The notes under the pieces: model-generated | Databases searched by the model: none | What the model was told of the DNA's origin: nothing | The model's input: only the letters and a program-made list of their open reading frames with translations | Translations under genes and position numbers: made by a program | Assembly: GCA_040905585.1 (NCBI GenBank) | Contig: JBBDRG010000011.1 | Coordinates: forward strand, 95,249-159,248 | Length of the DNA stretch: 64,000 nt | Source: Verrucomicrobiales bacterium | GTDB taxonomy: Bacteria; Verrucomicrobiota; Verrucomicrobiia; Verrucomicrobiales; DEV007 | Direction: 5' to 3' | Shown: positions 36,365 through 45,902 of the stretch, one piece after another | How positions within the stretch are numbered: the stretch's first letter is position 1 | Layout of the letters: each line of letters begins with the position of its first letter

Positions 36365-37390
36365 CTACTCCGGCCGCAGCACGCTTTTCACCACTTCGCC
36401 GGCGTGCATCTTCTCGAAGGCCTCGTGCCACTCGGTGAGGGTCCAGATGCCTCCGATGATGGGCTTCACGTCGAGCCGTCCGCCGGCGAGCAGGGCGACG
36501 ACGCGCTCCCACACGGGCCAGTTGTGGCTGAAACTGCCCTGGAGGGTGACGTTTTTCTGAACGAGCGGATCGAGGCTGAAGCCCAGGGGTTGGGGACCCC
36601 ACCCGACTTTGCTGATCCAGCCGGCGGGGCGAACGAGGTCGAGCGCGATCTGCAAAGTCGCGCTGGCGCCCGCGGCGTCGACGACACCGTCGCAGCCGAG
36701 TCCGTCGCGTTCCAGCGCCCACGGCATGGCGTCGCCGACGATGGTTTCGCAGCCGTAGCGCTTCGCGATCTCAAGACGGTGGGCGTCCGCGGGAAGACCC
36801 ACGACCGCGACTTCGGCGCCGCACAGCCGGGCCATGGCGGCGCAGAGAATGCCGATGGTCCCGGGCCCCAGCACGACGACGCGGTCGCCGGGCTCGACGC
36901 GGGCGTTCTTGACCACCGCGTTGTAGGCCACGCAGCAGGGCTCGGCGAGACAAGCCTGCTCGAAGGGGAGCGCATCCGGCACTCGGTGGAGGATGCGGGC
37001 GGGCACGCGAACGTATTTCGTCATGGCCCCGTCGACGCCGTAGCCGAAGCCTTTCCGGGTCGGATCGAGATTGTAGAGGCCCCGCCGGGACATCGGGTTG
37101 GAGGAATCGACCACGGCGGCGGTTTCGGAGACGACGCGTTCGCCTTCGGTCCAGCCTTCGACTTCGCCGCCGACCTCGATGATGCGGCCGCCGAACTCGT
37201 GCCCGAGGACGACGGGATAATTGACGGGCCAGGAATGGTCGGCGGTCCACTGGTGGAGGTCGCTGCCGCAGACGCCGACGTTGGCCACCTCGAGAAGAAT
37301 GTCCTCCGGACCGATTTTCGGGCGATCGATCTCGCGGATCTCGACGCACCCTTTCTCAGGAGCGAAATTGACGACGGCGGGGGATTTCAT
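36365..37390 (-). CDS. Zinc-binding alcohol/polyol dehydrogenase (MDR family)
   Basis: GVCGSDLH, LGHEFGG and GPGTIG motifs; ATG 37390 overlaps the upstream stop codon. Confidence 0.92.
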   Translation of the reverse strand: MKSPAVVNFAPEKGCVEIREIDRPKIGPEDILLEVANVGVCGSDLHQWTADHSWPVNYPVVLGHEFGGRIIEVGGEVEGWTEGERVVSETAAVVDSSNPMSRRGLYNLDPTRKGFGYGVDGAMTKYVRVPARILHRVPDALPFEQACLAEPCCVAYNAVVKNARVEPGDRVVVLGPGTIGILCAAMARLCGAEVAVVGLPADAHRLEIAKRYGCETIVGDAMPWALERDGLGCDGVVDAAGASATLQIALDLVRPAGWISKVGWGPQPLGFSLDPLVQKNVTLQGSFSHNWPVWERVVALLAGGRLDVKPIIGGIWTLTEWHEAFEKMHAGEVVKSVLRPE

Positions 37391-38088
37391 GACGACGAGG
37401 CGGTTTCCTGTGAATGAATCGCCTCGCAAATCAGACGAAGCGAACCTTCGAGGTCGCCGTCCGCCGTCTTGAAGGCGTCGGCGTCCACCGTCAGGGGCGC
37501 GCCAAGTACCACGAGCGGAGCCCCGTATTGCGGGCACTGGATCGCTTGTTCCAGGCTGAGGCCGCCGACCGCCTGGACCGGCACCTCCACGGCATCGACC
37601 ACTTCCCGCAGTTGGTCGAGCGGGCTCGGCATGCGGTGGCCCGCCGCGGCGATCCCGCGACGTTCGTCGTAGCCGACGTGGTGAATGACGAACCCGCACC
37701 CGAGGTCCTCGAGTTGCTTCGCGCCGTCGACCATGTCCGGACAGCCGAGATTGTCGCCCATGACTTCGCACCCGAAATCCTGCCCGGCCCGGACCACGCA
37801 CTTGATCGTTTCCTCGTGGGCGCGGGCCATGACGACCACGTGGGTGGCGCCGGCCTTGGCCATCATCTCGGCCTCGAGGTAGCCGCCGTCCATGGTCTTC
37901 AGATCCGCGACCACGGGAACGCCGGGGAAAGCCTCGCGCAGGGCGCGCACGCCGCGGAGGCCTTCGGCGAGAATCAGCGGCGTGCCCGCCTCGAGCCAGT
38001 CGACGCCGGCCCGCCGGGCGAGCGCGGCGGTTTCGAGCGCTTCGTCGATGTCGGTGAGATCGAGCGAGATCTGGACCAGGGGTTTCAT
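37387..38088 (-). CDS. 3-hexulose-6-phosphate synthase / 3-keto-sugar-acid decarboxylase family (OMP decarboxylase fold)
   Basis: QISLD, LEAGTPLI, VADLKTMDGG, HVGYD and QAVGGL. Confidence 0.88.
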   Translation of the reverse strand: MKPLVQISLDLTDIDEALETAALARRAGVDWLEAGTPLILAEGLRGVRALREAFPGVPVVADLKTMDGGYLEAEMMAKAGATHVVVMARAHEETIKCVVRAGQDFGCEVMGDNLGCPDMVDGAKQLEDLGCGFVIHHVGYDERRGIAAAGHRMPSPLDQLREVVDAVEVPVQAVGGLSLEQAIQCPQYGAPLVVLGAPLTVDADAFKTADGDLEGSLRLICEAIHSQETASSS

Positions 38089-38115
38089 GGAGGTGCCTGA
38101 CTTTTGACCGGTTGG

Positions 38116-39714
38116 TTACCGCTCCACCTTCTGGCCGAACTTCTCTTCGAAAATCTCGACCGGATCGTAGTCGGGTTTGCCGTAGAGCTTCTGCTGCCGC
38201 TCGGTTTGGTGGTTGGGATAGAAGTCGAAAATGTCGCCTTGGCCGAGGGTTCGCGGATCGCCCTGCTTTTTCAACTTCGACTCCATTTTCCGCCGCAGGG
38301 CTTCCTTGTTTTCAGCGTATTCCGGGCTGTCGGCGAGATTGCGGACGCAGTCGGTGTCGCTTCGCATGTCGAAGAGTTCTTCCGCCGGCCGCTTGCCGAA
38401 GGCCATCTCGTAGAACTTGTATTCCGGATCGTCGGGTTTCAGTTCGGTCAGGTAGGATTTCGTGGGCGAGGCGTCGCAGTTGAGCAGTCCGTATTCCGGA
38501 TCGCCGCCCGGCCAGCGATCGGGTTCGAAGTTGCGCACGTAGAGAAAATCGTCGGTCCGGATGGCCCGGGATGGGTAGCCCACCGAGAGACGGTCGCCGT
38601 CGGTGCGACCGACGTCGTGCCGCTCTTTTCCGAGCAGGGTGTAGTTGCGTTCCGGATCGATTCGACCCGATTCCTCCGACAGCAGTTGCTCGAGAAAGCT
38701 CTCGCCGGTCATCTGGTCGGGCGCGGCAACCCCGGCGATCTCCATCAGCGTGGGGGCGAGGTCGGGAAAGGTGATGAAGTCGGTGACGACGCGTCCCGGC
38801 TGGATCTTCCCTTCCCAGCGAGCCACGAAGGGGACGTGGAAGCCGTCCTCGTAGACTTGTCCTTTGACGCGGGGAAAGGGCATCCCGTGATCGGACGCGG
38901 CGATGACGAGGGTGTTCTCGAGGAGACCGTGTTTCTCGAGGTGGGCGAGGGCTTCGCCGATGTGCTTGTCGAACCACTCCACCTCGATGGCGTAGTCGGC
39001 GAGATCGCCGCGGATCGTTTCGTTGTCGGGATAGTACTCGGGCACGGTGACGTCTTCGAGATCGCGTCCGTCCTTCTTCCAACTGTCGAGTTCGTATTTC
39101 CGATGCGGCTCCTTGACTCCGAGCCAGAAGCAGAAGGGTTGGTCCTCGGGCTTCTCGTCGAGGAAAGCCGCGAAGTTGCCTGCGTAGTCCGTGTTGGCGA
39201 TGCCCTTGTAGGGGGGCTTGAGAGTGAGTTCGTTCCAGGGACGCCCGGCGGGATTTTCCTTCTCGAACTTCGACTTGCCGCCGTCGATTCCCTGCCAGAT
39301 GCCCGGCCCCCAGCCTTTGCCGGTGAAGCCCATGTAATAGCCGTCGTCTTCGAGCAGGTAGGGATAGAAAGCCCACTTCGACGAGAGATAGGGGTTGTGG
39401 TTGGCGGCTTCCTCGAGTTGCCACGAGTAGCGTCCCGTGAGGAGGCAGGCGCGAGCGGGCGCGCACTTGGGATTGCAGTTGTAGGCGTTGGTGAAAAGGA
39501 CGCCCTCCTTGGCGATGCGGTCGAAGTTGGGAGTTTCGACGTAGGTGCTGCCGTAGGCGCCGAAGCTGTCGCGCGAGGCGTCGTCGGCGATGATGAAAAG
39601 AATGTTGGGCCGCTCGGCCTGCTTCCCGGATTGCGCGTTCGCCGCGAGAGGGGCCACGCCCGCGGCGAGGCCGACGAAGGAAGCGACGAGAAGGGTTTTG
39701 GAACGAAGGTTCAT
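38116..39714 (-). CDS. Secreted sulfatase (Cys-type)
   Basis: RPNILFIIADD, CAPARACLLTG (CxPxR), TGKGWGPG and SDHGMPFPRVK. Confidence 0.93.
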   Translation of the reverse strand: MNLRSKTLLVASFVGLAAGVAPLAANAQSGKQAERPNILFIIADDASRDSFGAYGSTYVETPNFDRIAKEGVLFTNAYNCNPKCAPARACLLTGRYSWQLEEAANHNPYLSSKWAFYPYLLEDDGYYMGFTGKGWGPGIWQGIDGGKSKFEKENPAGRPWNELTLKPPYKGIANTDYAGNFAAFLDEKPEDQPFCFWLGVKEPHRKYELDSWKKDGRDLEDVTVPEYYPDNETIRGDLADYAIEVEWFDKHIGEALAHLEKHGLLENTLVIAASDHGMPFPRVKGQVYEDGFHVPFVARWEGKIQPGRVVTDFITFPDLAPTLMEIAGVAAPDQMTGESFLEQLLSEESGRIDPERNYTLLGKERHDVGRTDGDRLSVGYPSRAIRTDDFLYVRNFEPDRWPGGDPEYGLLNCDASPTKSYLTELKPDDPEYKFYEMAFGKRPAEELFDMRSDTDCVRNLADSPEYAENKEALRRKMESKLKKQGDPRTLGQGDIFDFYPNHQTERQQKLYGKPDYDPVEIFEEKFGQKVER

Positions 39715-39736
39715 GGCGGGCAGTCTGGGGATGGAC

Positions 39737-41824
39737 TCAGGGTTTGTCGAGAGAATCGAGGACTTCGTCGAGGAAGGCTTTCATCTCCGGGGTGATCTTT
39801 TCGAAGCCAGCCGCGGAGCGCGGTTGACCGAGGGCGTGGCGCATCGCGTTGTGCATCAGGTAGCGGCCGGTGGCGTGATCCATGTGGATGGCGTCTCGGT
39901 AGAGTTCGGTCAGATCGTCGACGGGAGCGTCGCCCGCTTCGATCCGGGCACTGGCGCGGGCGAGGAGATCCATAGCCCGGGTGCGACGGATCTCGCGGTC
40001 GGGATGGAGCGCTTTCAATTTGTCGACCAGAGCCTCGATGTAGGCCACCGAGTGGGTCATCTTTCCGCCGGCTTCGTCGGCGGCCCACTCTTCCGCCCGG
40101 CTCTCGGATCGCGCCCAGCCGGTGTGGACGACGAAAACGGCCTCCGGCTGCATGCTCATCCATTCCGAAATGACCGCCGCGTCTTCCTCCAATGTGGCCC
40201 CGTAGTGGGACTGAACCGAGACGATGTCGTACTGCTTGTTCGCAAGCGCCTCCGGCCAGACGGTCGACGTCTTGACGCAGGGCATTCCGGGGTTTTCGAA
40301 GAGGTAGGGAAGACTCTTTCCGCAACCGATGTGCCACTGCACGTCCCCGTCGAGACGGGTCGGAATCGTGTCCTGGGTGAGGGAATTTCCGATCAGGTAA
40401 ACGGTCTGTTCCGGTTCTTCCTCGACGGCAAGCCAACCTCCGGGCTGCGGGGTGGCGGTCTCTTGAGTGTCGGCGTACCAAGCCTCGAGTTCGGCCAGCA
40501 TCGCGGCGGTCCGCTCAGGGTGCTCGTCGGAAAGGTCGGTCTCCTCCGAGGGGTCGTCGGCCAAGTGGTAGAGCGCGGTCGTTTCGTTCTCGAAGGTGCC
40601 GGGCGCCGCTTTGGGATGCGTCACCACCAGCTTCCAGTCTTCTTCGCGCATCGCTTCGGACCGCGCTCCTCCGTTATTGAGCGAGGCCCAGAAAAGAGGC
40701 CGCGCGGCGGGCGGTTCGCCATTCAAGAGGAGGGGGGAGATGTCCACGCCGTCCAGCGGCCGTTCGGGATCCGGTGCGTTCGCCAGTGCCAGCAGCGTCG
40801 GCATGACGTCGAGGCTGATGAGCGCCGCGTCCGATTCCGATCCCGCTTCTATCTTCCCCGGCCACCAGGCGATCGCGGGCACCTTGTGTCCGCCTTCGTG
40901 GACCGAGCCCTTGTCGCCGCGCAGTTCGGGGCTTCCGCTGGGGAAATCCGCGGCGGCGCCGTTGTCCGAAAAGAAGAGCACCAGGGTGTTTTTATCGATG
41001 CCGAGCTCGACGAGCAGGCGGCGCAAGTCGCCGACGGCCTCGTCGAGGGGCAGGGTCATGCCCTTGTATTTTTCGATTCGCTCTTCCTCGGAATGCTCCT
41101 GCCATTTCCACCGGTCCCAGCCGTCCTCGGTCCGGCGGACCGGATCGCCCGGAACCTGCACGGGATTGTGGATCGCCTCGTGCGCGACGTAGAGGCAAAA
41201 AGGTTCCTCGGCGTGGCGCCGGACGAAGTCGAGGGTGTGGCGGTTGATGAGGTGGGTGCTGTAGCCTTCCTCCTCGGTCTCCTCCCGACCGTGCCACCAG
41301 TCGTGCTCGTAGTGGTCGCCGACGTGACTGACGAAATCGATGTTGCCGCTGTGAAAGCCGACGAATTCGTCGAACCCGTGCACCTGCGGATGGAATTCGT
41401 CCGAGTTTTTCGGGTAGCCCTGGTGCCACTTTCCGACGAGACCGGTCGTGTAGCCCGCCTCTTGCAACACTTCGGCAAAGGTTGTCTCCGAGGGCTTCAA
41501 TCCCTTCCGGTGCTCCGGGTGATCGGAAACCGGGTGGATCACCGCCTCGATCCCGGCCCGTTGCTGGTAGCGGCCCGTCAGCAGCCCGGCGCGGGTCGGC
41601 GAGCACACCGTGCCAGACGAGTGGAAGTCGGTCAGCCGCATTCCCTCCGCGGCGAGCCGGTCGAGTTCGGGCGTTTCGAAATGGGGATTCCCGAAGCAAC
41701 CGAGTCCGGCGTAGCCCATGTCGTCGACCATGACCACGACGAGGTTGGGACGGGACGGAGCCTCGCCTTGGGCGGAGAGGGAAAAGGCAAGGGCGAGAAA
41801 CAGCAAGGGAGGGAGGATTTTCAT
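39737..41824 (-). CDS. Arylsulfatase-like sulfatase fused to a C-terminal SGNH-like domain
   Basis: CSPTRAGLLTG, VGKWHQG and FSDNG; C-terminal YLIGNSLT...YRDAIH. Confidence 0.9.
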   Translation of the reverse strand: MKILPPLLFLALAFSLSAQGEAPSRPNLVVVMVDDMGYAGLGCFGNPHFETPELDRLAAEGMRLTDFHSSGTVCSPTRAGLLTGRYQQRAGIEAVIHPVSDHPEHRKGLKPSETTFAEVLQEAGYTTGLVGKWHQGYPKNSDEFHPQVHGFDEFVGFHSGNIDFVSHVGDHYEHDWWHGREETEEEGYSTHLINRHTLDFVRRHAEEPFCLYVAHEAIHNPVQVPGDPVRRTEDGWDRWKWQEHSEEERIEKYKGMTLPLDEAVGDLRRLLVELGIDKNTLVLFFSDNGAAADFPSGSPELRGDKGSVHEGGHKVPAIAWWPGKIEAGSESDAALISLDVMPTLLALANAPDPERPLDGVDISPLLLNGEPPAARPLFWASLNNGGARSEAMREEDWKLVVTHPKAAPGTFENETTALYHLADDPSEETDLSDEHPERTAAMLAELEAWYADTQETATPQPGGWLAVEEEPEQTVYLIGNSLTQDTIPTRLDGDVQWHIGCGKSLPYLFENPGMPCVKTSTVWPEALANKQYDIVSVQSHYGATLEEDAAVISEWMSMQPEAVFVVHTGWARSESRAEEWAADEAGGKMTHSVAYIEALVDKLKALHPDREIRRTRAMDLLARASARIEAGDAPVDDLTELYRDAIHMDHATGRYLMHNAMRHALGQPRSAAGFEKITPEMKAFLDEVLDSLDKP

Positions 41825-41906
41825 GTTGGAGAGGGTTGGATGGTCGGGGCGACCCCGTCAAGGCGACCCCGTCTGGTGCGGAAGGATGTCGAGTATAGGG
41901 CTTGTG

Positions 41907-42755
41907 TCAGGGTTCAAGCAGGTCGAGGGACCGGAGAAATTCGGCCGCTGCTTCGATCGCCTCCTCGTAGAGATCCTCCGTCCGGATCAGGTAGCCGTGG
42001 ACGCCGCCGTCGTTGACGACGAGTTCGCTGCGGTTGCCGGCGGCCAGCATGTTGTTGTGAAATGCCTTGGCGCCTTGGAACGGGGTCGTGGTGTCGCCGG
42101 TCCCGTGAAAGGTGATCGTGGGCGGCAGGTCGGCGCGGACGTGGTCGACGGGCGAGAGTTCGCGCCATTTCTCGCCGATCTTCTTCTGCCCGTAGCCCTC
42201 GGGCGAGGTGTCGATCACGGGGAAGAACAAGATCAGCGCATTCGGTCGGCAGGAAACGGAGACGTCTTCGCCGGGTTCGTCCACCCCGTCGAACATCGCG
42301 GTGGCGGCGGCGAGGTGGCCGCCGGCCGAAGCGCCGCTGACGACGATCCTGTCGGGATCGATGCCGAACTTTTCCGGATGCGAGCGGACGTAGCGCACCG
42401 ACGAGCGAGCGTCGCGAACGCAGTCGAAAACGGTCACCGACTCGTCCGGCTGGTAGAGGCGATACTGCACGCTGATGCCGACCATGCCGTGGCGCTTCGC
42501 GAAATCGGCGGCGAAGGGATACATCCGGCTCGGATCCATGCCCCGCCAGCCGCCGCCGTGAATGATGTGGAAACAAGGTCGCTTGTCGTCCGCGGACCAG
42601 CCCTCGGGAAGAAAAAGATGCAGCTCGAGTTCCCGACCGGCGACCTCCTTGTAGACGATCTTCCGGTCCGGCTCGAGTTCGGCAATGCGGTCGCCGATGT
42701 AGTCGGCGAAGCCGGTCAGCGGGAGGAAGCCCAGCAGGGCGCAGAGAAATTTCAT
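41907..42755 (-). CDS. Secreted alpha/beta hydrolase (BD-FAE-like esterase)
   Basis: HGGGW, GASAGGHLA (GxSxG), FHGTGDTT and GGVHG. Confidence 0.88.
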   Translation of the reverse strand: MKFLCALLGFLPLTGFADYIGDRIAELEPDRKIVYKEVAGRELELHLFLPEGWSADDKRPCFHIIHGGGWRGMDPSRMYPFAADFAKRHGMVGISVQYRLYQPDESVTVFDCVRDARSSVRYVRSHPEKFGIDPDRIVVSGASAGGHLAAATAMFDGVDEPGEDVSVSCRPNALILFFPVIDTSPEGYGQKKIGEKWRELSPVDHVRADLPPTITFHGTGDTTTPFQGAKAFHNNMLAAGNRSELVVNDGGVHGYLIRTEDLYEEAIEAAAEFLRSLDLLEP

Positions 42756-42917
42756 GGCAGGGCACGACTCTGACAGAATCCTCGCTCGGGGGCAAGAGGC
42801 CGCGATGACGCCTCGCGTCGGGCTATTCGTCCCGGTCCCGGTCCTGAAGGCCCGCCTGCCGAGCGGCACCGATTTCGCCGCAGCGTCCTCCCCCTCCGGA
42901 TCAACTGAACCTGTCCC

Positions 42918-44369
42918 TCACTCCGTCCCGGCGGGATGCGGCGTCGGGGCCGCCGGGTGGTTTTCGCCGAGATAGCTCGTTTCCGACGGGGTCAGAATAT
43001 CGCCCTCCGAGCCCTTGCCGACCAGGTTGCCCGAGATCAGCGTCCCCGGAGAGTCGCCCACGACCTCGATCGCGGCGACCATCTTGGGTTCCTCGCCCCG
43101 ATGCACAATGACGTTGTCCGACACCCGCGTGTTGCGGCTCTCCGAGACATAGAGGCCGCGATGGTTCGGCTCGAAAATCTGGCAGCCGCTGACCGTCGTC
43201 TCCCGGGAGTTCAGGATCTCGATCGACCCGCCCTGCTTTTCGTCCCCGGCCCGGTCGAGGAGAAGACCCTTCAGAATCACCCCGTCGCAGTCCTTCACCG
43301 TGACGCCGTTGGTGAAACCGCCGCGAAAATTGTGGCTCTGGTCGAGAGAGTTGTCGCCCACGACGATGTGGTGGCACTCCTCGAAGTTCAGAGTGCGCTT
43401 GACCCCGGTATAGATGTGGTTGCCCGAGATCGCGATGCCGCGGCTGCGGACCAGGTGGATGTTCGTCTCCTGGTTGCCAATCAGGTTGCCGGTGATGGCC
43501 CATAGGCCCGAGAGCGTGCGTTCCACAGGACGTTCCGGTCCGATGAAGCGGATGTTCGCTCCGCCCGGACTGGGGCGCGCCTGGATCGTGTTGCTCACGA
43601 TGCTGCCCTCCGCGAGGCTGCCTTCGCGCATGTCGAAGAGAATGTCCGCGCTGCCCTCCGATTCCGTGTCGAAGTTGTATTCGATGTCGCACCCCGTGAC
43701 GTGGAAATTCCGGATCTCGCCGCCGAGCACCACGATGCCGCCCCGCTTGTTGTAGCTGATGTGGGACCCTTGGATAATGCACTGGTGCAGGTTGACCTCC
43801 TTGAAAAAAATGCCGATCTCCGAGTTTTCGTAGACGTGGCAGGCGTCGACGAGCACGTTCCGGTTGCGCTCAGTCACCACGATGCCGTGGCGCAGTTTGC
43901 GCAACAGGAGCCGCTGCAGCGTCGGCTGCATCGTGCCGATCAACTCGATCCCGTCCGCTTCGGGATGGTCTCCCACGATCTCCAGACCCGTCACCTGGGG
44001 CATCCGTTCCCGCTCCCAGACTTCCGGCTTGAAGCTGGTCGGTCCCGCCGTGCCCTCGTGGGTGCCGACGATGCGAAGCGCTGGCCCTGGACCGGTCATG
44101 AGCAGGCGGGCCGTGCCGCCCGAACCGTCCATGGAAAAGCGACCGATCGCGGCCAGGTCCACCTCCAGCGTCTCGGTGAGGCGGTAGTCGCCGCGCGGCA
44201 GCCGCACCACCCCGTCCGCCGATTCGTCGATGGCGCGCTGAATGGCGGCGGTATCGTCCGTCTCCCCGTCGCCCGCGGCCCCGAAAGCGAGGACGTCGTC
44301 GGCGGCGAGGTCATTGGCGAAGGCGAAGGCGAGGCAGGCGAGAAGAAGTGGAGCGGTGCGAAAAGTCAT
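42918..44369 (-). CDS. Right-handed parallel beta-helix protein (pectate-lyase-like fold)
   Basis: FGAAGDGETDDTAAIQRAID start, followed by many I.GN/I.DN/ISGN beta-helix repeats. Confidence 0.85.
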   Translation of the reverse strand: MTFRTAPLLLACLAFAFANDLAADDVLAFGAAGDGETDDTAAIQRAIDESADGVVRLPRGDYRLTETLEVDLAAIGRFSMDGSGGTARLLMTGPGPALRIVGTHEGTAGPTSFKPEVWERERMPQVTGLEIVGDHPEADGIELIGTMQPTLQRLLLRKLRHGIVVTERNRNVLVDACHVYENSEIGIFFKEVNLHQCIIQGSHISYNKRGGIVVLGGEIRNFHVTGCDIEYNFDTESEGSADILFDMREGSLAEGSIVSNTIQARPSPGGANIRFIGPERPVERTLSGLWAITGNLIGNQETNIHLVRSRGIAISGNHIYTGVKRTLNFEECHHIVVGDNSLDQSHNFRGGFTNGVTVKDCDGVILKGLLLDRAGDEKQGGSIEILNSRETTVSGCQIFEPNHRGLYVSESRNTRVSDNVIVHRGEEPKMVAAIEVVGDSPGTLISGNLVGKGSEGDILTPSETSYLGENHPAAPTPHPAGTE

Positions 44370-44647
44370 GGTTGGTGCCAAAGGTTTAGCGAATCGGTCG
44401 TCGGAAGCAACTGCGAAGAGTTGCCTCGGGCAAGCGGAATTCGGAACCTTCGTCCCGGCTACGAGGGGGCAGACCGCCAGCCTGCACAGAGGCAGTCGAG
44501 GAACGGAGGAATCGAGGAATTTGTAGATTTGTCTCTCGATCCGCTTTTCGCCCCTCCCTTTTTCTGCTATCTAATGCTCCCCGGACCGACCGAATGACGA
44601 AAACCGGCGGCGCGACAAGCCCTTGACAGAAAACGAAGGCCGACCAC

Positions 44648-44661
44648 TGTTCTAAAGAACA
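44648..44661. promoter_or_regulatory. LexA (SOS) box, Verrucomicrobia type
   Basis: Perfect TGTTC-TAAA-GAACA, 41 nt before the MTase ATG and 19 nt after a perfect TTGACA (44623-44628), so it overlaps the expected -10 region. Confidence 0.75.
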
Positions 44662-44702
44662 TCTTTCCAGGAGCTGCTTTTTAAACCGTCTCAATTTTCC
44701 AG

Positions 44703-45902
44703 ATGCCAGAACCGTTCACAGTGGTCGATCTCTTCTCCGGTGCCGGAGGCATGAGTTTCGGCTTTCACCGGCATCCTTCCTTCAAGCTGATCGCCGCCGC
44801 CGATGCCGAGATCGGGAAGCCCAGCATGGGAGCGGGAACCCTTCAGTGCAATTCCACCTACGCCAGGAACATGGGCTTCGCCCCGACCCGGGTGAACCTC
44901 GCGGATCTGGAACCCGGACGGCTTCGCGAGGCTCTCGGTCTCTCCCCGACCCGGGAAGTCTCGGTGCTGTCCGCGTGCCCGCCCTGCACCGGCTTCAGTC
45001 GGGCCAATCCGGTAAACCATCTGCGTGACGATCCGCGGAACAACCTGGTTGTGCGGGCCGCGGATTTCGCGCGGGAACTCGGGCCCGACATCGTGGTCAT
45101 GGAAAACGCGCGCGAACTTCTTCGAGGAAACTTCAAAGACCACTTCAACCACTTTCGCGATTCGATGGAGTCGGCGGGCTATGCCGTTTCCGCGCGTAAC
45201 CACGTCCTGACCTGCTTCGGGATCCCGCAGATCCGGGAGCGGGCCGTGGTCATCGCCGCGAGGAAGCCCTTCCTCTTGAAAACCTTGGACGACCTGTGGG
45301 AAGGGTTCTCGGTGAAGGAATCCCATCTCACGGTGAGAGCCGCCTTCGCGGCGATTTCGGACCGGGCCAGCGGCGTCGACGACTTCCCGTCGATTTCGGA
45401 CCCGGGAGTGCTCGCCCGCTTGCGGGCCGTTTCCCGCGACGGCGGATCGTGGCTGGAACTCGTGTCCCATCCGGATGGCGAGGTCCTCATGACTCCGGCC
45501 ATGAAGCGGCTCGCCGCTCGCGGAAAGTTTGGCTCGCATCCCGACGTGTACGGCCGGATGAGCTGGGACAAACCCGCGCCAACCATCAAGCGGGAGTGCG
45601 CCCACATCGGCAATGGCCGGTATGCCCACCCCGAAGAAGACCGGCTTTGTTCCGTCCGGGAAATGGCCATGCTCCAAGGGTTTCCCAACGACTTCGAATT
45701 CGTCGGCACCTCGCTCGCCAACCAATACCGGCACATCGGGGACGCGGTTCCCCCGTTGATCTCCCACCAGCTCGCCCACGTTTGCGAGTGGATCCTGACC
45801 GGGAGAGCGAAAACTCCCGCGGACACCTTTCTTCCGGGAACTCACCTGAAGCCCTCGTCGCTGACCCGATCCCGGCAAGAAGATCTCTTCCAGTATGCCT
45901 GA
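44703..45902 (+). CDS. DNA (cytosine-5)-methyltransferase
   Basis: DLFSGAGG (motif I), CPPCTGFS (IV), MENA (VI), QIRER (VIII), SVREMAMLQGFP (IX) and YRHIGDAVPP (X). Confidence 0.93.
   Translation: MPEPFTVVDLFSGAGGMSFGFHRHPSFKLIAAADAEIGKPSMGAGTLQCNSTYARNMGFAPTRVNLADLEPGRLREALGLSPTREVSVLSACPPCTGFSRANPVNHLRDDPRNNLVVRAADFARELGPDIVVMENARELLRGNFKDHFNHFRDSMESAGYAVSARNHVLTCFGIPQIRERAVVIAARKPFLLKTLDDLWEGFSVKESHLTVRAAFAAISDRASGVDDFPSISDPGVLARLRAVSRDGGSWLELVSHPDGEVLMTPAMKRLAARGKFGSHPDVYGRMSWDKPAPTIKRECAHIGNGRYAHPEEDRLCSVREMAMLQGFPNDFEFVGTSLANQYRHIGDAVPPLISHQLAHVCEWILTGRAKTPADTFLPGTHLKPSSLTRSRQEDLFQYA

Noticed and set aside
37387-38088. RuMP formaldehyde-fixation (methylotrophy) claim
   Set aside because: No adjacent phosphohexuloisomerase or C1-oxidation genes; the context is sugar catabolism.
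41845-41873. cggggcgaccccg hairpins as a REP family together with 6243 and 46692
   Set aside because: Short GC-only palindromes are expected by chance at this GC content, and loops and flanks differ.
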